From positions 1,311-65,310 of the forward strand of contig CAYHYM010000002.1 of NCBI GenBank assembly GCA_964360965.1: a stretch of DNA of 64,000 nt, read 5' to 3'. Shown piece after piece: positions 57,428 to 64,000 of this stretch. The translations under genes and the position numbers were made by a program. The notes beneath the pieces were generated by a model. It saw only the letters and a program-made list of their open reading frames with translations, made no database searches and was not told the DNA's origin. Origin of the DNA: an uncultured Gammaproteobacteria bacterium. GTDB lineage: Bacteria > Patescibacteriota > Microgenomatia > Daviesbacterales > UBA10151. Each line of letters begins with the position of its first letter. The first letter of the stretch is position 1.

Positions 57428-57850
57428 ATGGCTAAGAAAGTTAAAACTTATATTAAATTAAACATTCCGGCAGGACTAGCCACTGCTGCCCCGCCTGTGG
57501 GACCGGCTTTGGGCCAGCATGGTTTGCCCATCATGGAGTTTGTCAAAGCTTTTAATGAAAGAACTGCAGAAAAACAGGGCAATATCTTGCCTGTAGTAAT
57601 CACAGTTTATGAGGATCGGACTTTTTCCTTTATCACCAAACAGCCACCTGTGGCTGAAATGATCAAAAAAGCCCTGAGTTTGGAAAAAGGATCCGGAAAA
57701 GCTTTAAAAGAACCTGTGGGGAGTATAACTCATACTCAAGTTGAGCAAATTGCCCGCTCCAAAATGCCGGATTTAAATACTAGAAATCTTGAGGCTGCCA
57801 CAAAAATTGTGGAGGGAACAGCCAGATCAATGGGGGTTAAAGTACAGTAA
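57428..57850 (+). CDS. rplK: 50S ribosomal protein L11
   Basis: [25 protein letters not shown] is the canonical uL11 N-terminus. Confidence 0.9.
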   Translation: MAKKVKTYIKLNIPAGLATAAPPVGPALGQHGLPIMEFVKAFNERTAEKQGNILPVVITVYEDRTFSFITKQPPVAEMIKKALSLEKGSGKALKEPVGSITHTQVEQIARSKMPDLNTRNLEAATKIVEGTARSMGVKVQ

Positions 57851-57904
57851 ATGAAAGGAGAACCCTTCGTCCTGAGTTAGTCGAAGGACGAAGTGAGTCG
57901 AACC

Positions 57905-58741
57905 ATGGGTAAAACTAAAATTAAAATAATAGATGATTCTGCTGCGGTTGGTAGACAAGATGAGTTGGTGGAAAAATTAAAAACAGAACTGGGAATAAAA
58001 GATGTACAGCAAAAGAATGGTAAGCCGGCAAAGTCTGAGTCAGCCAAAGCAATGGGTGAAGTTAATGACAAGACTAAAAAAGCCCAAAAGACTGGCAAAG
58101 CCAAACCCAGATCTAAAAAATACCAGGAACTGGTCAAAGATCTGGACAGATCCAAAACTTATCCTATTCCGGAAGCAGTTGACATGGTTAAAAAATTGTC
58201 CTATGCTAAATTTAATGGGACCTTAGAAGCTCATATAAATACCGCACAAACGGGGATCGCTGGTTACGTCTCCTTACCCTATGCGTCCGGCAAGAAACTT
58301 AGCATTTTAGCTTTTGGCCCTCTGCCCTCGCCCGAGGAATATGAAGGAGTAAGTTTTGGTGATGATTCAACCATAGAATCCATTTCCCAGGGTAAGGTGG
58401 ATATTGATTTGATAATAACTACTCCCGAATGGATGCCTAAACTTGCCAAAGTAGCCAAAATTTTAGGACCTAGGGGTTTAATGCCCAGCCCCAAAAATGG
58501 CACAATAACTGATGACATTAAGAAAACTGTAGAGTCCTTCCAAACCGGAAAAACAGAGTATAAAACAGAACCTAAGACCCCCATTATCCATCTGGCTCTG
58601 GGGAAATTAGACCAACCAAATGAGGAACTTGAGGCCAATGTTAAAATTCTGCTTTCTACTTTGGGCAAAACCAGAGTTAAAAAGGTATCTTTATCCCCCA
58701 CCATGGGACCATCTGTTAAGGTGGATTTAGCTTCTGTGTAA
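57905..58741 (+). CDS. rplA: 50S ribosomal protein L1 with a ~70-aa Lys-rich N-terminal extension
   Basis: uL1 core starts at KKYQELVKDLDRSKTYPIPEAV. Start placed at the ccATGG context shared with rplK. Confidence 0.85.
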   Translation: MGKTKIKIIDDSAAVGRQDELVEKLKTELGIKDVQQKNGKPAKSESAKAMGEVNDKTKKAQKTGKAKPRSKKYQELVKDLDRSKTYPIPEAVDMVKKLSYAKFNGTLEAHINTAQTGIAGYVSLPYASGKKLSILAFGPLPSPEEYEGVSFGDDSTIESISQGKVDIDLIITTPEWMPKLAKVAKILGPRGLMPSPKNGTITDDIKKTVESFQTGKTEYKTEPKTPIIHLALGKLDQPNEELEANVKILLSTLGKTRVKKVSLSPTMGPSVKVDLASV

Positions 58742-59704
58742 AGCTTTTTTTAGGATCATTCTCAGATCAATCTTTAAAAAGTAAACAGAAATGATGCCAA
58801 AAATTAGGATAAAGACAGCAGTTAAAATATGAAACAGCACCACCATGGCAGAGGCAAGGTTGGGTTCAAGTCCAAAAACTCCGGAAAAAATCAGCAAGCC
58901 TGATGCTTCAGCAGATCCCACATAGCCCGGTGCTGCCGGAATAAGGTAAGTTAAAGCAGACAGAAGTTGTCCCAAATACATATTAATAAAAGGCTGGGGG
59001 TATGAAATGGCCAAAAAAGTAAAATACCAGATGGCTGCATCTGTGGCGTATGCCAGTATAGTTAAAAAAAGGAGCGAAAATAAATCTATTGGCTTCCTAT
59101 TTAAAATAGTAAAAGAATCTAAAATAAAACTACTAAACCTCTCAAAATATATCTTAATATTCTTAAATATTAATAGATTAATCAAAAATTTAACTAATTT
59201 TTGAGCAAAATCTTTATTAAAAATGGCTAAATAAGTTACAAGCAAGGCTAAAGATAGTATAATAATTATAATTGTTATAAAATTTATACTAAGAGAGGTG
59301 GGAATTATCAGCAAAAGTACACCTGATAAAAGTAAAACCACCAGAAAATCCAAAAAACGGTCCAAAAATACCCATACCAGTGATTTTGAAAGCGGCAAGC
59401 CATATTGGGTATTTAAATAAATTCCCTTGGCTATTTCCCCTGCTCTGATGGGAATATAAAAATTAAAAAGCATGGCTACCCCGTTTAAGAAAAGCAAATC
59501 AGAAAATTTAATCCTTTTAATCTTGGAAAGAAAAATTTTAAATCTTAAACTTCTAATAAAAATGGAAAAAAATAGAAAAATAAACACTAAAATAAGATAG
59601 GACAGGTTAGTTTGGGAAAGAGTTAAAAAAATTTGTCCAACATCTACAAATTGCAGCCATAAAAAAATCAGCGCCAATCCTATCGCTGTATTAAGTGCTA
59701 GCAT
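58727..59704 (-). CDS. polytopic membrane protein of the flippase-like/lysyl-phosphatidylglycerol-synthase TM (UPF0104) type
   Basis: 8 TM helices. Lys/Arg-rich loops. Wedged between rplA and rplJ. Confidence 0.5.
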   Translation of the reverse strand: MLALNTAIGLALIFLWLQFVDVGQIFLTLSQTNLSYLILVFIFLFFSIFIRSLRFKIFLSKIKRIKFSDLLFLNGVAMLFNFYIPIRAGEIAKGIYLNTQYGLPLSKSLVWVFLDRFLDFLVVLLLSGVLLLIIPTSLSINFITIIIIILSLALLVTYLAIFNKDFAQKLVKFLINLLIFKNIKIYFERFSSFILDSFTILNRKPIDLFSLLFLTILAYATDAAIWYFTFLAISYPQPFINMYLGQLLSALTYLIPAAPGYVGSAEASGLLIFSGVFGLEPNLASAMVVLFHILTAVFILIFGIISVYFLKIDLRMILKKALHRS

Positions 59705-59734
59705 ATAATTAACTATACTTCAAAAAGATAAACT

Positions 59735-60535
59735 TTGTATAATAAAATTATGTTTACTACTTTAAAACAAAAAATTATTCTGGCCATCTATATCTTTATT
59801 CTTATTTCAATACCAATTGGCTCGTATCTGGCATCTTCCCGTCAAACTTATAAAAGCAAAGCCGCAGAAGCAGATCATGTCATTATTTCTTCACCTGATG
59901 AGGAAAAAGAAAAATCTGCCACCAAATCTGCCAAAAAAACAACCACTCCAGCTTCCACTCCTTCGCCTTCGCCCACAGTGGCTGTATCTTTTGGGCCTAC
60001 CATGAACTTAAAGCTTATTTTGGAAGGAAGACCCAAAGACAAATATGCCGGCAAAGTTTTTATTGGCATTGCCGAAGGGACATCTTTCTCATCTGGCGGG
60101 CCCAAATATCTGCTGCAGTTTACTATAGACTTGCCCTCATCTGGATTTTTTGAAGGTTTGTCTTTGGCAGGACTCTCAGCTGGCACTACTTACTCAGCCT
60201 ATATCAAACCTACAGTTCAAATTGCCACCTCTTCCGCTTTTATCATGTCACCATCAATTACCAATTTAAACAGCGGAGCTCCTTTGACCATTTTAACAGG
60301 TGATTTAAATGAGGATAACACCATAAATTCGGCTGATTACTCCATTGCCAAGGCAGCTTTTGGCGCAATACCATCATCCTCAAATTGGAATGAAAATATT
60401 GATTTTAATAAGGATCAAAGAATAAACAGCTTTGATTTGGGGCTGATTGTTAAAAATTTTGGCAAAACAGGACTGTCCGGAGTGTGGATTTCACCCACCC
60501 CCGCCACTAAATCAGGATCAATTGACAAATTATAA
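59735..60535 (+). CDS. secreted protein with C-terminal dockerin-like repeats
   Basis: N-terminal TM/signal. STP-rich linker. Paired Ca-binding-like repeats DLNEDNTINSADYS and DFNKDQRINSFDLGLI. Confidence 0.55.
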   Translation: MYNKIMFTTLKQKIILAIYIFILISIPIGSYLASSRQTYKSKAAEADHVIISSPDEEKEKSATKSAKKTTTPASTPSPSPTVAVSFGPTMNLKLILEGRPKDKYAGKVFIGIAEGTSFSSGGPKYLLQFTIDLPSSGFFEGLSLAGLSAGTTYSAYIKPTVQIATSSAFIMSPSITNLNSGAPLTILTGDLNEDNTINSADYSIAKAAFGAIPSSSNWNENIDFNKDQRINSFDLGLIVKNFGKTGLSGVWISPTPATKSGSIDKL

Positions 60536-60589
60536 CAACTAAGGTAAAATTATAACAGCTTAAGATAGTAGGCAGGTTAAAATTTTGAC

Positions 60590-60636
60590 CATAAGACTTA
60601 CTGAGGCAAAAACTCCTCGGTAGAAGGAGTTTTTTA
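60590..60636 (+). promoter_or_regulatory. hairpin that sequesters the rplJ Shine-Dalgarno (L10-leader-like)
   Basis: aaaactcctcggtagaaggagttttttaATG. The stem aactcct/aggagtt contains the AGGAG ribosome-binding site. Confidence 0.4.
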
Positions 60637-61197
60637 ATGGCTAAAACAAGATTACAAAAAAAGCAAACAATTACTGATTTAAAGCAAAAGCTTGACCGGG
60701 CCAAGGCTGTGGTTTTTGCAGATTATAAAGGCTTAACCATGAAGCAGTTATCTGATCTGCGAAGTAAACTGTATGACCTTAACGCAGAGTTTACAATTAC
60801 CAAAAATACTCTTCTTAAAAGAGCTTTAGCAGCGATGGGTGACAGCGAGGAGGGATCCCTGGCGATCTTTGATGGTCCCACAGCCACCCTTTTTGCTTAC
60901 GGCGATGAAATCTCCCCTATTAAAACTTTGGCCAAAATCTTAAAAGATGCAGGCCTTGGTAAGGTAAAAGCCGGATTTTTGAGGCTCCAGGGGGACGCCT
61001 TGGAGGCACGATTTGAGGCACTTGATGAATATAGAGTAATTTCACTTTCACAGCTTCCAGGAAAAGATGAACTCAGAGGACAAACCGTAAGTGTATTATT
61101 TGCTCCCCTTCAGGGGATAGTTGGAGTCCTAAATGGTAATTTAAGAAATCTGGTATATGCATTAAATCAAATTAAATTACAGAAAGGTGGTGAATAA
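60637..61197 (+). CDS. rplJ: 50S ribosomal protein L10
   Basis: [25 protein letters not shown] matches the uL10 N-domain. Confidence 0.9.
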   Translation: MAKTRLQKKQTITDLKQKLDRAKAVVFADYKGLTMKQLSDLRSKLYDLNAEFTITKNTLLKRALAAMGDSEEGSLAIFDGPTATLFAYGDEISPIKTLAKILKDAGLGKVKAGFLRLQGDALEARFEALDEYRVISLSQLPGKDELRGQTVSVLFAPLQGIVGVLNGNLRNLVYALNQIKLQKGGE

Positions 61198-61205
61198 AAT
61201 TTACT

Positions 61206-61637
61206 ATGGCAAACGATACACAAAAATTGGAAAAAATTAGCGCTCCGCTGAGTAATTCCTTAAAAGGAATTATAGAACAAATTGAAAAACTTTCTGTTTT
61301 GGAACTGGCTGATTTGGTTCATGCACTCGAAGATAGATTTGGTGTTTCAGCGCAAGCTTCGGTTGCTGTTGCAGCAGGACAGGCCGCCTCCGCACAAGGC
61401 TCCGGCGAGCCGATGGAAGAAAAAACAACTTTCAATGTTGTTTTAACTCAAGCAGGAGCAAATAAAATTGCAGTTATTAAAGCTGTAAGAGAATTGGTTC
61501 AAACATTAGGATTAAAAGAAGCTAAAGATTTGGTAGAAGCAGCTCCAAAACCTGTTTTGGAATCTGTAAACAAAGCTACTGCTGAAGAAGCAAAAACTAA
61601 ATTAACAGCAGCTGGAGGAACAGTTGAGTTGCAGTAA
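61206..61637 (+). CDS. rplL: 50S ribosomal protein L7/L12
   Basis: N-terminal dimerisation helix, Ala/Gly hinge, [11 protein letters not shown]...KLTAAGG. Confidence 0.9.
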   Translation: MANDTQKLEKISAPLSNSLKGIIEQIEKLSVLELADLVHALEDRFGVSAQASVAVAAGQAASAQGSGEPMEEKTTFNVVLTQAGANKIAVIKAVRELVQTLGLKEAKDLVEAAPKPVLESVNKATAEEAKTKLTAAGGTVELQ

Positions 61638-61783
61638 TGCAACGAAACCCTGAGCATAGTCGTACTTCGAGTTCCCTCAGTATGACCCTGAGTGCTAATC
61701 GAATGGGTCGAAGGGTGGAATTACAGTGAATGAAATTGAGGGATTGACACCCATTGTTTTCTTATGATATACAATGAGACAGA

Positions 61784-62017
61784 ATGGCAGACAAGTTATC
61801 ACTTGACAATTTACCTGATCTTTTAACAGTTAGAGAAGTGGCTGAAATTTTAAGAGTCTCTCCTTTAACCATTAAAAGATGGGGTAAAAGAGGCAAACTG
61901 CCTGCCATTAGAATTAATTCCAGAGGAGATAGAAGATATAAGAAGGAAGCCGTACTTTGGCTGCTGGGAATAACCCAGAAATCATCAACAAGTGAAACTC
62001 AGCAATCATCTTATTAG
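61784..62017 (+). CDS. excisionase/MerR-like HTH DNA-binding protein
   Basis: LLTVREVAEILRVSPLTIKRW helix-turn-helix. Confidence 0.55.
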   Translation: MADKLSLDNLPDLLTVREVAEILRVSPLTIKRWGKRGKLPAIRINSRGDRRYKKEAVLWLLGITQKSSTSETQQSSY

Positions 62018-62060
62018 CCTGCTAACTGGTCATGAATATGTTGTCACAAAGGCAAAATAA

Positions 62061-62579
62061 TTACTCAGTAGTTATTTGAGCATGGACCCTGTAGGTTGGA
62101 TTTGGTTCAAAAACAATCTCACCCCTTTTTTCAACTATATAATAAGCAAAGCCTGACTTTTCTTCTACTGTCTTATAATCATGGTCAATGGGATCTGATG
62201 AAGAATTATCAAGCACCACTAAAAAGTTTTTACCGGTATTAACAACAGCATGACCAAATCCGGAAGGTACCACCACTGTTTTACCTACCACCAATGTGAC
62301 TACTTTAAACTCTTTTGCCTCACCTTGCTCATCATTTCTTTGCATCAGCAGTATACCTTGACCAAAAAGGCACTGATAAATTTCAGCTGACATGGATTTA
62401 TGAAAATGCCCATGAGTTTTATAATATTCCTGGCCCAAAAGGCCGGACATTAAAACTGTGATATTATACCCCTTTCCGGTAATCACAAAATAAATTTCCT
62501 TTATTGTTTTTGATGGGCTTATCAAAACATCTTTGATATCTTTACTGGTTTTGGTAATGATAACTTTATTTAACATCAT
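62061..62579 (-). CDS. cupin-type (archaeal-like) glucose-6-phosphate isomerase family protein
   Basis: THGHFH metal-binding-like cupin motif and GFGHAVVNTG. Size ~170 aa fits cPGI. Confidence 0.45.
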   Translation of the reverse strand: MMLNKVIITKTSKDIKDVLISPSKTIKEIYFVITGKGYNITVLMSGLLGQEYYKTHGHFHKSMSAEIYQCLFGQGILLMQRNDEQGEAKEFKVVTLVVGKTVVVPSGFGHAVVNTGKNFLVVLDNSSSDPIDHDYKTVEEKSGFAYYIVEKRGEIVFEPNPTYRVHAQITTE

Positions 62580-62597
62580 CTTAGCTTACCAGTATAC

Positions 62598-63311
62598 TTA
62601 TCTTTTAGTCAATAAAAGAAAAAGATATTTAAAAAGTTTAAGCTGCCTTTTAATCCTCCAGGGCTGATTAGTAAGTCTAAATAACCATTCCAGGCCCAAA
62701 GACCTTAAAAAGTAAGTGGCTCTGGGAACTATTCCTGAAAGATAGTCCAATGATCCGCCCACACCCATGGCCACTTTTACCGGAATGTGAGGCAAATTTT
62801 GAGCAATCCAGTATTCCTGTTTAGGATGACCAAAAGCCACAAATAGGATATCAGTGGGAGGAAAGTTGCGAGGGGGCAACCTGCCTTCTCTATCTACCTC
62901 TCCACCACTTTCCGCAAATGTCACCTTAAGTTTAGGATATTTTATTTTTAAGCACTCTGCAGTTTTTTCTGCAGTTTGGTTTCTTCCTCCCAAAAAAGCA
63001 ACTGAAAACCCTCTTTTGGCTGACATTTCCACCAATTTTTCCATCAAATCTACTCCGGGAGTGGTATTTTTGATCTTACCTGATAATTTTAGACCCATAC
63101 CATCTGGAATAGATAAATCTGCGCTGTTTAAGATCTTTTTAAAACCAGGATTATTTTGAGCATCGACTATAAATTCAGGATTAGGAGTCACAATAAAATG
63201 CTTTTCCTCTTGCAAGGCCAGGCCTTGCAAGGCTAACCAATTGTAAACTTTCTTTAAAGCCTCATCCATTGTGACATCATCAATTTTAACTCCCAAAATA
63301 TCTATTTTCAT
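62598..63311 (-). CDS. WecB/TagA/CpsF-family glycosyltransferase
   Basis: MKIDILGVKID start and IVTPNPEFIV...DGMGL pattern of the WecG/TagA family. Confidence 0.75.
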   Translation of the reverse strand: MKIDILGVKIDDVTMDEALKKVYNWLALQGLALQEEKHFIVTPNPEFIVDAQNNPGFKKILNSADLSIPDGMGLKLSGKIKNTTPGVDLMEKLVEMSAKRGFSVAFLGGRNQTAEKTAECLKIKYPKLKVTFAESGGEVDREGRLPPRNFPPTDILFVAFGHPKQEYWIAQNLPHIPVKVAMGVGGSLDYLSGIVPRATYFLRSLGLEWLFRLTNQPWRIKRQLKLFKYLFLLLTKR

Positions 63312-63331
63312 AAAAAATACTTTCTGTTCGT

Positions 63332-64000
63332 TCAGGATGACAATAACACCTTTAGTGTTTCCTTTGCACATTTTTCCCAGGAAAACCTTTTGATGTTTTC
63401 AAAACCTGCTTTTACACTTTGCACTCTCCACTTTGCACTTTGCACTTTTTCCATCCCCCTCACTATATCATCAATGGAATATGGATTCACCAAAATGGCA
63501 GCCTTGCCAGCTACGTTTCGGTTTACACGAACGTAGCCAGCCACCTCCGGCATACTTGACACATCCGATGTGATCACTGGACATCCGCAAGCCTGAGCCT
63601 CCAAAATAGGTAATCCAAACCCTTCAAAAAGAGAGGGAAAGAGCAGAGCTTTGGCTCCGGAGTATAGGGCCGGTAAATCTTTATCAGCTACATAACCCAG
63701 GAATTTAACCTTATCTTCTATACCTAGCTTCTTAGGAAGCTGATAAACCTCATCACTCATCCAACCTTTGGAACCAGCAATTACAAGTTTAGAAGCGGCG
63801 AAGTCACGAGCGACTATTGAAAAAGCCTTAATTATCCTCTCCAGATTCTTCCTGGGCTGTACAGTCCCCACAAATAGAAAGTACTTTCCCTCCTCTATAT
63901 CAAAGTATTTCAATGTATTTCTAAGTATTTCTTCTTTTACTGATCTAAACAACTCCTTATCATACCCCTCATATACCACTCTGATTTTATCCTCTTCTAT
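63332..64000 (-). CDS. GT4-family glycosyltransferase, C-terminal domain only (N-terminus beyond the window)
   Basis: EGFGLPILEAQACGCPVITSDVSSMPEVAG matches the GT4 E-x7-E region. The reading frame stays open to the window edge. Confidence 0.7.
   Translation of the reverse strand: MEEDKIRVVYEGYDKELFRSVKEEILRNTLKYFDIEEGKYFLFVGTVQPRKNLERIIKAFSIVARDFAASKLVIAGSKGWMSDEVYQLPKKLGIEDKVKFLGYVADKDLPALYSGAKALLFPSLFEGFGLPILEAQACGCPVITSDVSSMPEVAGYVRVNRNVAGKAAILVNPYSIDDIVRGMEKVQSAKWRVQSVKAGFENIKRFSWEKCAKETLKVLLSS

Overview
The window reads as a gene-dense, low-GC, reduced bacterial genome of the kind seen in CPR/Patescibacteria; the phylum assignment is inference from gene content and compact protein sizes. 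A co-directional minus-strand array from about 22.4 kb down to 0.2 kb carries housekeeping genes: topA, dcd, tmk, rpsB-tsf-frr, rseP, proS, tig, rpsU, ybeY, dnaX, ybaB, recR, cysS and two M16 peptidases. The second half holds cell-wall and rod-shape genes (PBP2, mreD, mreC, then mreB 5.6 kb away, and PBP1A), def-fmt, and a tRNA(UGU?)-tRNA-Thr-rpmG-tRNA-Trp...secE-nusG-rplK-rplA...rplJ-rplL ribosomal region that is interrupted at two places by accessory genes. Observations that go beyond ordinary annotation: (1) Several families of small GC-rich palindromic elements sit in intergenic regions and in-frame inside essential genes, similar to Rickettsia palindromic elements. The clearest is an 87-bp element with GTCAT terminal inverted repeats in dnaX, with further in-frame copies in ybaB, proS, tig, def, fmt, topA and an O-antigen-ligase-like gene. 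(2) A 573-aa divergent ThyX-like protein has its RHR catalytic motif replaced by HEG and sits in a dcd-tmk cluster. (3) A PaaX/Cas2-like small regulator is flanked by an identical 27-bp palindrome plus TATAAT module that also lies upstream of dprA. (4) A 614-aa protein with a C-terminal RelE/ParE-like toxin core overlaps rpmB (bL28). (5) A 5.6-kb island splits mreB from mreCD-PBP2 and carries pyrF, pyrE, a class-1 DHODH-like gene, a TrmB-type regulator, a HigB/HigA-like pair and a HAD-phosphatase remnant. (6) A membrane-anchored two-module Clp/Hsp100 ATPase is surrounded by small secreted proteins. (7) A BrnT/BrnA pair, glycosidases and a repeat-flanked gene are inserted between tRNA-Trp and secE. 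No CRISPR array, rRNA gene or transposase was recognised.
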